DNA from: Candidatus Bathyarchaeia archaeon
Lineage (GTDB): Archaea > Thermoproteota > Bathyarchaeia > Bathyarchaeales > DTEX01
Reading direction: 5' to 3'
Assembly: GCA_038817885.1 (NCBI GenBank)
Contig: JAWAZE010000002.1
Location: forward strand, 13,862-77,861
DNA length: 64,000 nt
A program made the position numbers and the translations under genes. Within the stretch, counting starts at the first letter, position 1. Every line of letters begins with the position of its first letter. Positions 28,955 through 38,103 of the stretch are shown here, piece by piece. The notes under the pieces are model-generated. The model saw nothing but the letters and a program-made list of their open reading frames with translations. It searched no databases and was not told the origin of the DNA.

Positions 28955-29078
28955 TCAGCCCTAATTAAGTTTAGATTGATTAGAACAAGGCTGCCAAAGA
29001 CCTTTCCTTCTAAAAAGGAGACGCCCAAAAACCACTTTTAAGAAAAATTCTTAAGTTGCCTGAAACAAAATTTTATTT

Positions 29079-29282
29079 ATGCCAGTAGTTCATGTATATG
29101 TATGGAAGGGTTTTTCCAGCGAGGCAAAGAAGAAGGTTATTGCTGGGATAACCAAAGTTTTTGCTGACCTAGGCGTGCCCGCGGAGGCTGTAGAGGTTCT
29201 AATACACGATGTTCCAAAAGAGGATTGGGGCGTAGGTGGGGAGAGAGCCAGCGAGAAACTCAAGCATGTTCAGCCACCATGA
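29079..29282 (+). CDS. 4-oxalocrotonate tautomerase family protein, copy 1
   Basis: 67 aa. N-terminal MPVVHVY (catalytic Pro1 after Met removal) and a beta-alpha-beta size typical of the 4-OT family. Confidence 0.8.
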   Translation: MPVVHVYVWKGFSSEAKKKVIAGITKVFADLGVPAEAVEVLIHDVPKEDWGVGGERASEKLKHVQPP

Positions 29283-29314
29283 AACAAACATAGCCCATAA
29301 TGGTCGGTGTTTAA

Positions 29315-31495
29315 ATGTCTAGTATTAGGAGGGGCTGGTGCGGCCCCTGCCACATTAGATGCGGCCTTCTCGTCTATTTTGAGGGTGATAGGGCCGTTAA
29401 GGTTACAGGTGATCCGAGCCACCCAGTAAATAGGGGGGCTATTTGCGGTAGGGGTCTATTGATTCTAGAGCACCTGTATCACCCAGATAGAATTAATTTC
29501 CCCTTGAAGAGGGTTGGGGAAAGGGGTAGGGGGAGATGGAAAAGAATAGAGTGGGATGAGGCGCTGGACGAGATCGCCTCGAAGATCAGGGATATTAAGG
29601 CCAGGTATGGAGCTGAGGCGATCGCTTTCTGCGGCGGCACCTATAGAACTTATTCATGGGCTGCTAGAAGATTCTTTAACCTGCTCGGCTCCCCAAACCT
29701 AACTGGGCCGGGCGCAATATGTCATTGCCCGAGCGACTCATTAGAGTCTATTACGTATGGATCTATGGCGCATAGCGATCTACGGAACGCTAATTGCATT
29801 GTGTTATGGGGCCATGCTCCATCTGAGTCTTATCCTATCCCAGAGTGGGCTGAGCTCGTGGAGGCTAAGAAGAGGGGTGCAAAGATAATTGTTGTTGATC
29901 CTAGACTCACTAAGGAGGCGCAAATGGCCGATTTATGGCTCCAGGTTAGATCTGGATCTGACGCTGCATTGATGATCGGCTGGATTAAGACGATTATTGA
30001 GGAAGAATTATATGATAGAGAATTTGTTGAGAAGTGGACGGTAGGTTTTGATAAGCTCAGAGAGCATGTTAAGAGCTTCTCGCTCGATGAGATCTCGAAG
30101 GTGACGTGGGTCTCAAAAGATAAGATTGTTGAGGGTGCAAGAATGTATGCGATTACGAAGCCCGCTGCCTTGACATGGGGTTTAGGTTGCGATAAGCAGG
30201 GGGTTAACCTTGCGAATACTGTGAGGGCTAGGGCTATATTGAGGGCAATAACCGGAAACATTGATGTTAAAGGGGGTGATTTAATTGGCCTACCAAACCC
30301 GCTCTTCGGAGACTTCATCTCAGACGTTGAGATGGAGCTTAACGAGAAGCTACCCACAGAGTGTAGGAGAAAGCAGCTTGGCGGGGATAAATATAGAGCG
30401 TTTAGCTACATGTCCTGGGAGCTTATAAGGGAATCCATTAAAAGAGTGCCTAAAAAATATATGAAGCCTCCGACAGCCCATAGAACCGCTCAGGCGAACT
30501 CAAGGGCTATATGGGAGGCTATAATAAGTGGGCGACCATATCCGGTTAAAGCGATGATCGTTCAGGCGGGAAACCCACTTCTCTCTTTGGCAAACACTAA
30601 ACTAGTTTATGAGGCTTTAAAGAGACTTGAGCTTCTAGTTGTAATGGATTACTATATGACTCCAACCGCTGAGCTGGCAGACTATGTACTTCCAGCAGCC
30701 TCGACGCTGGAGAGAAGCGATATTGCCATGAGGGGTCCTAGAATATATGCTTGCCCGAAAGCCATGGACCCGCTTTATGAAAGAAAAGATGACTATTATT
30801 TGTGGCGTGAACTCGGCTTAAGGTTGGATCAGGACGAGTACTGGTCGTGGAAGACTATTGAGGAGGCATGCGACCACAGACTTAAACCACTTAATATAAC
30901 GTTCAGGGAGCTCGTGGAAAGGTACGAGATATTTGCGCCCCCCGAATACAGAAAATATGAAAAATATGGTTTTGGAACCCCCTCAGGTAAGGTTGAGATA
31001 TACTCTTCAATCTTGGAAAAGCTTGGCTATGATCCGCTACCAAGATATATTGAGCCCCCTGAGAGCCCAATAAGCTCCCCAGAAATAGCTAAAGAGTATC
31101 CGTTCATCTTAATTACTGGGGGGAGGTTCATGCCGATGTATCATTCTGAGCTTAGGCAAATACGCCCGGCAAGAGAGAAGGTTCCAGATCCAATAGTTAG
31201 CATAAATGCCGAGACTGCGAGAAGGCTAGGTATATTTAATGGAGACTGGGTTTGGATTGAGACACGCTTTGGCAGAATTAAGCAGAGGGCTAGACTTACA
31301 AATGAAGTCCATCCGAATATGGTTCACGTTCAGCATGGATGGTGGTATCCCGAGATGAGCGGAGAAGATCCCATCCTCCATGGGGTGTTTATATCAAATG
31401 CTAACGTCCTATGCCCAGACGACCCAGAATACTGCAGTAAAGAGATTGGAGGATGGCCGCTCACAGCCATACAGTGCGCGGTATATAAGTGCTAG
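29315..31495 (+). CDS. Molybdo/tungsto-bis(pyranopterin guanine dinucleotide) enzyme, DMSO reductase superfamily, stand-alone catalytic subunit
   Basis: 726 aa. N-terminal [4Fe-4S] motif at Cys9, Cys12, Cys16 and Cys44 (WCGPCHIRCG...AICGRG). Candidate metal-ligand Cys in GAICHCPS (Cys136/138). No signal peptide or Tat motif. No partner Fe-S or membrane subunit gene adjacent. Confidence 0.85.
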   Translation: MSSIRRGWCGPCHIRCGLLVYFEGDRAVKVTGDPSHPVNRGAICGRGLLILEHLYHPDRINFPLKRVGERGRGRWKRIEWDEALDEIASKIRDIKARYGAEAIAFCGGTYRTYSWAARRFFNLLGSPNLTGPGAICHCPSDSLESITYGSMAHSDLRNANCIVLWGHAPSESYPIPEWAELVEAKKRGAKIIVVDPRLTKEAQMADLWLQVRSGSDAALMIGWIKTIIEEELYDREFVEKWTVGFDKLREHVKSFSLDEISKVTWVSKDKIVEGARMYAITKPAALTWGLGCDKQGVNLANTVRARAILRAITGNIDVKGGDLIGLPNPLFGDFISDVEMELNEKLPTECRRKQLGGDKYRAFSYMSWELIRESIKRVPKKYMKPPTAHRTAQANSRAIWEAIISGRPYPVKAMIVQAGNPLLSLANTKLVYEALKRLELLVVMDYYMTPTAELADYVLPAASTLERSDIAMRGPRIYACPKAMDPLYERKDDYYLWRELGLRLDQDEYWSWKTIEEACDHRLKPLNITFRELVERYEIFAPPEYRKYEKYGFGTPSGKVEIYSSILEKLGYDPLPRYIEPPESPISSPEIAKEYPFILITGGRFMPMYHSELRQIRPAREKVPDPIVSINAETARRLGIFNGDWVWIETRFGRIKQRARLTNEVHPNMVHVQHGWWYPEMSGEDPILHGVFISNANVLCPDDPEYCSKEIGGWPLTAIQCAVYKC

Positions 31496-31609
31496 GGGTA
31501 TAGGATACCACAATAATAATGATGGAAGATTTATGAGAAAGCTACCGCAAAACAGTAGGGGACTAATAAACTAAAATTTTTATAAGCGCTTATGAAACAA
31601 CTTTATTTT

Positions 31610-31813
31610 ATGCCGGTGGTTCATGTTTACGCTTTGAAAGGATACTCCAGTGAGGCGAAGAAGAGGGTTATTGCTGGGATAACTAGAGTTTTCGTCGAGC
31701 TTGGTTTACCCGCCGAAGCTGTGCATGTTCTCATACATGAGGTCCCGAGAGAAGATTGGGGGATGGGCGGCGAACTGGCTAGCGAGAAGCTTAAGCACAT
31801 CCAACTGCCATAA
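31610..31813 (+). CDS. 4-oxalocrotonate tautomerase family protein, copy 2
   Basis: Start placed at ATG 31610 (MPVVHVY). 52 of 67 residues are identical to copy 1 by hand alignment. Confidence 0.8.
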   Translation: MPVVHVYALKGYSSEAKKRVIAGITRVFVELGLPAEAVHVLIHEVPREDWGMGGELASEKLKHIQLP

Positions 31814-31992
31814 AAATCATCAAAACAAGATCACGCTAACATAATAGCGTCCATACGCATGCTTAGCTTAGTCTAGAAAATAAAGAGCCTTTTTCTGATG
31901 AATTTTAATGGGCTCATCTAATTCTTTTAGTAGTGAGTCTGTAAAATAGCCTTAAATGGAAGTTTATTCATTATTCTTCCGAGAGGGCAGCG

Positions 31993-34026
31993 ATGCTGAT
32001 CTCGGAGATAATATTAGAAAACTTTATGTCATATGAGTATGCTAGGATACCCCTTAAGCCGGGTGTCAACGTTATTTGCGGGCCTAATGGCGCTGGTAAG
32101 TCGTCAATCATGCTGGGGGTGTCTGTCGCTCTAGGTCAATCTTATACCGAGCGCTCTAAGAAGCTCTGCGACCTAATAAGGTGGGGGAAGGATGTTGGGC
32201 GTGTAACACTAGTATTAAATAACTCTAAGGTTAAAGGTAAGCGCCCTGTCCCAAGAATCAATAAGGATCAGATTTACTTGACGAGGGTTTTAAGGCGTGA
32301 TGGTAAATACTGGTTTGAGATCGACAATGCCGCGGCGAGTAAGGCGGAGGTATTAAGGCTTCTATCGCACTTTAAGGTTGACCCTGAAAACATGCTGATA
32401 ATAATGCACCAGGACATGATCGAACAGTTTATTCTACTCTCACCGCAAGAGAAGCTTAGTCTCGTCGAATCGGCTGTCGGTTTAGAGACATACCGCAGAA
32501 ACGTTCTTGAGGCTCAGAGTAAGCTAAGCCACATAGTGAGCCAAGAAGAGTCTCTTAAAAAGATGCTCGAGTCCGTTGAACAGACCCTTAACTATTGGCG
32601 TGAGCAATATGATCGATATCAAGAGAAGAAGCAGCTTATCCTGAAGAAACGCTTTTTAGAACGCGAGTTAGCCTGGGCTGAGGTCATTAGAAAGGAAGAT
32701 GGGGCTGAAAGACTGCGGAGGGATCTTGAGGCTAAAAGGATGGAAATAAACACTCTTGAATCCACCATAAAAGAATTAGAAGATAGGGCAGCCTCACTTA
32801 AGGGAGAGGTCGCAGATCTTAAGAGGAAGAGGCAAAATCTTTTGGAGGAGATAATCTCCCTTGAGAGGGAGAGAGCCAAATATAGGGCCGACATATTGAG
32901 AAGCGGTGAGATGCTGAGCGGCCTAGAAAAATTCCTTGTTGATGGGGAGAGGAGCTTCATAAACCTCATAAAAAATCTTCAAGGAATTGATGTGAACCCG
33001 AACCCCGATTCAACACATGTTGTGGAGATGAATCCCGTAAAGGCTGTGGAGGACCTTAAAAACTGGTTTTCTGAGCTCAAATCTAAAATCGGCGAGATGA
33101 GGGACATAGCTGAGATAAATGATATAAAACTTGCCGATGTTGAGGTTAAGCTCCTAGACCTGAAGGATGAGATGCGTAGAATTGAGGGGAGGATTGATGA
33201 GTTAACTGATGCGCTTATTGATAACAGAGTTAACTCAGCCATCACCAACTATAGAAGAGACAGATTACTGAGCGAGATAGAGATTTTAAACAAGAATCTA
33301 GATCTCTTGCTCTCCGATCTTAATGAAGCCATTAAGAGGGCGGAGGAGAAGGGTGCGCGCATAGCTACCACACGAAGCCCAAGCACGATCCTAGAAGAGA
33401 TTAGGGTTATAGATGGGCGGTTGTCGATGATGACGGATATTTCAGAGGATGTTGAGAGAATGTACGAATCTTACTCTAAACTCTACTTTGAGCTGAAGGA
33501 GAAGGCTAGAATTGCCGCCGAGAATAGAGAAAAGACTCTGGAGGAGATTAGGGTTCGTATGGAGAACTGGAAGAAAGTTATCAAGGACCTATTGGAGAGC
33601 GTTAACAATGAGTATCAAAATATTCTTTCCACGATTTCTGGCTCAGGCTTTATCCGCCTAACCAATATAGATCATATTGAGGAGACTGGCATAGAAATTC
33701 ATGTGGGGTTTAAGGGCTCACAGCCAACACCATTAAACATTTATTCACAGAGCGGCGGTGAGAGGAGCGCGGCTACAATGGCCTTTCTACTCGCCCTCCA
33801 AAAGCACATAAAATCCCCCTTCAGGGCTATAGATGAATATGATGTGCATATGGATCCGAGGAACCGAGAGGCGTTCGCTAACCTCCTTGTGTCAATAGTC
33901 GGGAATGAGGGCTCACAGTACCTTATAATAACACCTAACCAGGTCTTCTTTAAAGAAAAAGGTGTTCATGTTATAGTAGTCCAGAACGTTGAGGGTAAAT
34001 CACTTATAAGGGAGGTTGCCCAGTGA
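31993..34026 (+). CDS. Short SMC-family ATPase with Smc5/Smc6-like head signature
   Basis: 677 aa. N-terminal IILENFMSYEY...VICGPNGAGKSS (Walker A), about 340 aa of heptad-rich coiled coil, then C-terminal QSGGERSAATMAFLLALQKHIKSPFRAIDEYDVHMDPRNRE...SQYLIITP (signature and Walker B/D-loop). Confidence 0.8.
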   Translation: MLISEIILENFMSYEYARIPLKPGVNVICGPNGAGKSSIMLGVSVALGQSYTERSKKLCDLIRWGKDVGRVTLVLNNSKVKGKRPVPRINKDQIYLTRVLRRDGKYWFEIDNAAASKAEVLRLLSHFKVDPENMLIIMHQDMIEQFILLSPQEKLSLVESAVGLETYRRNVLEAQSKLSHIVSQEESLKKMLESVEQTLNYWREQYDRYQEKKQLILKKRFLERELAWAEVIRKEDGAERLRRDLEAKRMEINTLESTIKELEDRAASLKGEVADLKRKRQNLLEEIISLERERAKYRADILRSGEMLSGLEKFLVDGERSFINLIKNLQGIDVNPNPDSTHVVEMNPVKAVEDLKNWFSELKSKIGEMRDIAEINDIKLADVEVKLLDLKDEMRRIEGRIDELTDALIDNRVNSAITNYRRDRLLSEIEILNKNLDLLLSDLNEAIKRAEEKGARIATTRSPSTILEEIRVIDGRLSMMTDISEDVERMYESYSKLYFELKEKARIAAENREKTLEEIRVRMENWKKVIKDLLESVNNEYQNILSTISGSGFIRLTNIDHIEETGIEIHVGFKGSQPTPLNIYSQSGGERSAATMAFLLALQKHIKSPFRAIDEYDVHMDPRNREAFANLLVSIVGNEGSQYLIITPNQVFFKEKGVHVIVVQNVEGKSLIREVAQ

Positions 34027-34889
34027 CGGTGACATCACAAGGTGGCGAGGGATCTAAGAGAAGTCTCAGGTCTGCCCGTGAGGATCTCCTTCGAATAATT
34101 AACTTATGTAGGTCTGTTGAGCTTAAGGGTTTAGATCCATATCTCGTTGATGTTGATGATCTCATCAAAGTGATTAGAGAGCACCTTCCCATCTGGAAAG
34201 ATTCTGAAGATTTATGCTTGGATGCTGAAGCCCTAAACCAAATAGCATCAGTGGTTAAAATGCAGAGTGAGTGGGTTAAGAAGAGAGCTACAAGACTTTA
34301 TCGGGATCCCTTCCTAATAGAGGAGAAGATCCGAAGTCTACCAGTAGATAAGATGGCTGAGATACTTCTTGAGGTATGGCGTCCCATAATTGAGCTCGAA
34401 CAGCTCACAACAAAAAGCTTCTATGGAGCATTAAAGTATTGGAGCATTCTCCTACCTCTAAACGAGAGGTGGAAGAGAACTGATTATATTAAGGCTGACT
34501 TACAGATGATGCGGATGGAGGAGGCAATTAGGGAAGGGGTTCTATCAGGCGAGTCGTTCACAACGGATTTAGGGAGGATGTGGATTGAGCTAAGGAACCT
34601 TTCCTCAAAATGTGGGAGGGTTCGGTACTGGGACTTTATTGGCTCAGACACTTATGAGGAGACTATCAAAAGAGCTTATCTGACCAGCTTCCTCATAACC
34701 TATGGCTACGCTAGGCTTGAAATAGACTTTCTTGAAGACGAAATATTCATACTGCCCAATGAGAAGCCCACCCCACCCTCTGAGGGAGAAGTTATATCCT
34801 TCCCGATAACTATAAGTTTCGAAGAGTGGAGGAGATGGAGAGAGGGGCGAGAAGCCGGGAGAGAAAAGCATATTATACTGCAAGAATGA
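34023..34889 (+). CDS. ScpA-like kleisin candidate
   Basis: 288 aa. GTG start overlaps the SMC stop (GTGA). The N-terminal GLDPYLVDVDDLIKVIREHL...AEALNQIASVVKMQSEWV resembles the ScpA N-terminal helical domain. The C-terminal ETIKRAYLTSFLITYGYARLEIDFLEDEIFILP resembles the ScpA C-terminal winged helix. Confidence 0.55.
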   Translation: MTVTSQGGEGSKRSLRSAREDLLRIINLCRSVELKGLDPYLVDVDDLIKVIREHLPIWKDSEDLCLDAEALNQIASVVKMQSEWVKKRATRLYRDPFLIEEKIRSLPVDKMAEILLEVWRPIIELEQLTTKSFYGALKYWSILLPLNERWKRTDYIKADLQMMRMEEAIREGVLSGESFTTDLGRMWIELRNLSSKCGRVRYWDFIGSDTYEETIKRAYLTSFLITYGYARLEIDFLEDEIFILPNEKPTPPSEGEVISFPITISFEEWRRWREGREAGREKHIILQE

Positions 34890-35419
34890 GGAAGGCTGCA
34901 CAGCTACTCTTCTATAAAAGACACTCTATTCCAGGCGCGAAAGGTTGGGAACTTAAAAAGAAGGTAGGCTCAGATTACCCGAGACTCATAAACCTCTTAA
35001 ACGAGTACCTTGTAAAGATAGGGCTCACAATTAAAACTGTCTTTGAGGGGGAGACTAATCCGCCAGAGAACCCCTCAATTGAGCAGTATGATGGGGCAAG
35101 GTTCTATGTCACTTTAAAAGATGAGGTAAATGTTGAAGATGCTAAGATGATGGGATGGCGTATAGATGACCTAGCGGCGCTGTGTGCTTCAATAGCATTT
35201 ATAATCTCTAGAGGCGGGAAGGTTCCGAGAAAAGAACTTGAAGATTTATTAAGAGCTAAGGTTCCGGAGTGGCGTGTTGAGACAAGCATCAACAGGTTTA
35301 CGAGGGCGGGCTATTTAATTGAGGATGAGAGCGGAATGATGTATATAGGCTGGAGAACAAGGGCCGAAGTCGACCAAAAGAGATTAATAGACCTATTACT
35401 CGAAGCCGAAAGCAAATAA
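34886..35419 (+). CDS. ScpB/KITE-like tandem winged-helix protein candidate
   Basis: ATG at 34886 overlaps the upstream stop (ATGA). Two WH-like halves: AAQLLFYKRHSIPGAKGWELKKKVG...LVKIGLTIKTVF and LAALCASIAFIISRGGKVPRKELEDLL...FTRAGYLIEDESGMMYIGWRT. Confidence 0.5.
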   Translation: MRKAAQLLFYKRHSIPGAKGWELKKKVGSDYPRLINLLNEYLVKIGLTIKTVFEGETNPPENPSIEQYDGARFYVTLKDEVNVEDAKMMGWRIDDLAALCASIAFIISRGGKVPRKELEDLLRAKVPEWRVETSINRFTRAGYLIEDESGMMYIGWRTRAEVDQKRLIDLLLEAESK

Positions 35420-35814
35420 ACCCAAAAATATTTTCTATTCCTCAAGATGAGTAACCCTGAAAGAGATATACTACAACTACATTACTATGCTAGGTGCCCT
35501 TAACCATTAAAGCTCACTTATGCGTAGGCTTTTGCTTAAGAATTTAATTTGCGCTTAACGAAACCTTTATATATTTTGAGTAAATAAAAAAGGCTTAATA
35601 ATTTAAATCCGTTATGAATTATTGGTTAGGGTGACGTTGCGAATAATTATAGAGATCAGTAGAAAAAGTTCATTTTACTAGTCATATACCTTATTTTTAT
35701 GGGGTCTTTATAATTAATTTAATTGATTTAAATCTTCTATCAAGCGGCTGGTTTCATATTTTTCTAATATTACTATGCCTTTATCCTTTAATCGGCATTC
35801 TGCTCATTTCAAAA

Positions 35815-36120
35815 TTGAGATATTGGGATTTAGCATTAGCTCTCGGTTTGCTTATCACTTTAATGAATGACATGTTTTTTGCCCCCGTGGGCAATCTCCT
35901 CTCAGTCTCTAATTACGATTTGCTGGAGTGGTATATGCGACAGTTTGGGTTTCAGGGCCTAAAAGAGTTTTGGACATTTCAAGGCGGAATAATAACCTTT
36001 AAAGTAACAAGTATCGCAATAGGTCTAAGCGTATATGCGCGGCTAATTGTCATAATATACCTCCTGGCCAGACACCAAAAATCGCGCAAAAAGAGACTCC
36101 CCTCTAAAGAAGAGAGATAG
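35815..36120 (+). CDS. Hypothetical small membrane protein
   Basis: 101 aa with 2-3 hydrophobic helices and a basic tail. TTG start. The hydrophobic reading frame continues about 50 codons upstream without a canonical start, so the start is uncertain. Confidence 0.35.
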   Translation: MRYWDLALALGLLITLMNDMFFAPVGNLLSVSNYDLLEWYMRQFGFQGLKEFWTFQGGIITFKVTSIAIGLSVYARLIVIIYLLARHQKSRKKRLPSKEER

Positions 36121-36224
36121 AGATCTCGTTAAAATCTAAGATTCCAGATTAGCATATGAAGGTGTTTTCATAGGCTGGTTTCAAAAAAAAGAGGAGGAGT
36201 GTTATTTAAAGGATTATTTTTAGT

Positions 36225-36446
36225 CTACATTAGTCTATCCAATAGATAGTAAAAGGCTGTTGAGAATGTCTCTATTAAAAGCACGGCAACAATTGACCCG
36301 GAGAGTTCACCGGTGAAAATGTATGTTATTATTAGGGCAACGGGATCCACAACTAAGCGGTATATTACCGTCTTCTTTATACTCGTCCTCCGAGGGCGAG
36401 AAATTGGCTGGGCATCCCACCGCACCTGCCAGGTATAAACAGGCAT
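36225..36446 (-). CDS. DUF2061-like small membrane protein
   Basis: 73 aa. KKTVIYRLV...TYIFTGE...IETFSTAFYYLLDR resembles the two-helix DUF2061 pattern. Confidence 0.5.
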   Translation of the reverse strand: MPVYTWQVRWDAQPISRPRRTSIKKTVIYRLVVDPVALIITYIFTGELSGSIVAVLLIETFSTAFYYLLDRLM

Positions 36447-36636
36447 AAAGATGAAGCATGAACCGATATTTAAGCATTCTCCACGAGATTATCACGCAAA
36501 ATTTCGCCGAGAACCTCTCCAGAAATCGTTCAGCTATAAACCTGACTTAATTCTTTGGCTTCATAATGTGGTGGATACATATATTATTAACCTCCTCATA
36601 TTTTAAGAATATTTAGGTGCTTGGATGTGAGATAAG

Positions 36637-37041
36637 ATGAGTGTTGTACGTTTTAGTGTTTCGCTCCCTCCATCTGTCGTTAAAGAGTTTGATAACGTTT
36701 GGAGAAGTATGGGTTATGAGAGCCGTTCTAAGGCCATTCATGACGCTATCCGAACTTTTATAAGTGAGTTTAAGTGGACATCTGCGGAGAGTGAGCATGT
36801 AGCCGGGGCCATCCTCGTCCTATATTATTTAGACAAACCAGACCTCCTAGAGAAGGTTATGAACATACAACATAAGTTTAGGGATATTATATCCTCGACA
36901 ACACATATACATTTGGAGGAAGATAAATGCCTAGAAATAATCGCTGTTAATGGGAAAGTCGACGAAATAAGAAGGCTGGCGGAAGAGCTAACCGCTAAAA
37001 AGGGAGTTAAGCAGGTTAAAGTTGCTGTGGTAGCGCCCTAG
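36637..37041 (+). CDS. nikR: NikR-type nickel-responsive transcriptional regulator
   Basis: 134 aa. N-terminal ribbon-helix-helix (VRFSVSLPPSVVKEFD...GYESRSKAIHDAIR) and a C-terminal ACT-like domain with HVAGAILVLY and THIHLEEDKCLEI metal-site residues. Confidence 0.85.
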   Translation: MSVVRFSVSLPPSVVKEFDNVWRSMGYESRSKAIHDAIRTFISEFKWTSAESEHVAGAILVLYYLDKPDLLEKVMNIQHKFRDIISSTTHIHLEEDKCLEIIAVNGKVDEIRRLAEELTAKKGVKQVKVAVVAP

Positions 37042-37145
37042 CGCCGGATTATCTGTCATCAAGGCGCTGTTCCTTTACCAACATTATTCTTCATGAATGT
37101 ATGTTTAAATACGACTAATCGTAATTATTTTTTAGATTAATCAAA

Positions 37146-37826
37146 ATGAGGAAAAATGTCTTGGAAATGGAAGTGTCAAATACTGTAGAAGAGTACCTTG
37201 AAGCGATTTATAGGCTTCAGAAGCGTTATAATGTTGCCAGGACAAGTAATTTAGTAGACATTCTAAAAGTTTCCCCTGGAACAATAACAAATACGATTGA
37301 GAAACTTGAGAGAAGCCTTCTTGTTGTTCACGAGCCATACAAGGGTGTGCAGTTGACCGAGAAGGGGCTGAAAATAGCTTTAAGCGTGATTAGGAGGCAT
37401 AGGCTCCTAGAGAGACTTTTAGTTGACATTTTAGGGATTGAATGGCATAAAGTTCATGATATCGCCTGTAATCTCGAGCATTGGATAAATGGGCGGGTTG
37501 CTAAAAGAATTGAACTTATCTTAGGTTGCCCAAAGACTTGTCCCCATGGGAATCCTATTCCTACAGAAGATGGCGAAATTCCTGAGGAAGATGATCGCTT
37601 CCTACTTTCAGAAATGGGTATTTGCGAGAAAGGGGTTGTCCTGAGGATACTTGAGGAAGAAAGCACCCTTCTAAGATATCTTGAGGGTATTAAAATAAAA
37701 CCGGAGAGCGTTGTCGAAGTTATTGAGAGGAGTCCATTGAATGATTTAATGACAATTAGGGTTAATGGAAAGGTTCAAGCGCTGAGCCATGAGGTTGCCT
37801 CCCTTATAACTGTTAGAAAGATTTAG
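37146..37826 (+). CDS. DtxR/MntR/IdeR-family metal-dependent repressor with C-terminal FeoA/SH3-like domain
   Basis: 226 aa. EEYLEAIYRL, SPGTITNTIEKLE (HTH), RRHRLLERLLVDILG, CPHGNPIP. Confidence 0.85.
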   Translation: MRKNVLEMEVSNTVEEYLEAIYRLQKRYNVARTSNLVDILKVSPGTITNTIEKLERSLLVVHEPYKGVQLTEKGLKIALSVIRRHRLLERLLVDILGIEWHKVHDIACNLEHWINGRVAKRIELILGCPKTCPHGNPIPTEDGEIPEEDDRFLLSEMGICEKGVVLRILEEESTLLRYLEGIKIKPESVVEVIERSPLNDLMTIRVNGKVQALSHEVASLITVRKI

Positions 37827-37845
37827 CGGATTTAGGGGGATTTAC

Positions 37846-38103
37846 GTGGAAGTCCCGCTGACTGAGTTAAAGGAGGGTGAAACGGGAACAATAACGGCGA
37901 TAAAAATTGGTTTCGGCCATGGGAGGTGCTGGAGACATGGTGTTAGGAATAGACTCGCAGATATGGGACTAACTCCGGGAACAAAAATTACGGTTGTTAG
38001 GTCAGCTCCACTTAACGGTCCAATTGAGGTTTACGTCAGAGGCTATAAGCTCGCTATTGGCAGAGAGGTTGCCAAGAGAATCTTCGTAGAGGTTCAGAGA
38101 TGA
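37846..38103 (+). CDS. feoA: FeoA ferrous iron transport protein A
   Basis: 85 aa. SH3-like LKEGETGTITAI...GLTPGTKITVVRSAPLNGPIEV. Immediately precedes feoB. Confidence 0.8.
   Translation: MEVPLTELKEGETGTITAIKIGFGHGRCWRHGVRNRLADMGLTPGTKITVVRSAPLNGPIEVYVRGYKLAIGREVAKRIFVEVQR

Noticed and set aside
29315-31495. Checked the pterin oxidoreductase gene for an in-frame TGA (selenocysteine) and for a twin-arginine signal.
   Set aside because: The ORF is uninterrupted, with Cys at the expected ligand region. The N-terminus goes straight into the Fe-S motif without an RR signal.
31860-31960. UGAUGA-like boxes upstream of the SMC-like gene (CTGATGAATTTTAATGGGC...). Similar partial boxes occur at 31520-31560 and 14630-14670. 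All were considered as C/D sRNAs.
   Set aside because: No correctly spaced CUGA D box or terminal stem is found on either strand.
35420-35814. 395-bp very AT-rich non-coding gap after the SMC-like operon. Considered as a replication origin or DNA unwinding element.
   Set aside because: I could find no repeated origin-recognition-box-like elements or inverted ORB pairs, and there is no orc1/cdc6 gene nearby. It is more simply a promoter/terminator region. Part of it may belong to the upstream-extended frame of the small membrane ORF at 35815.
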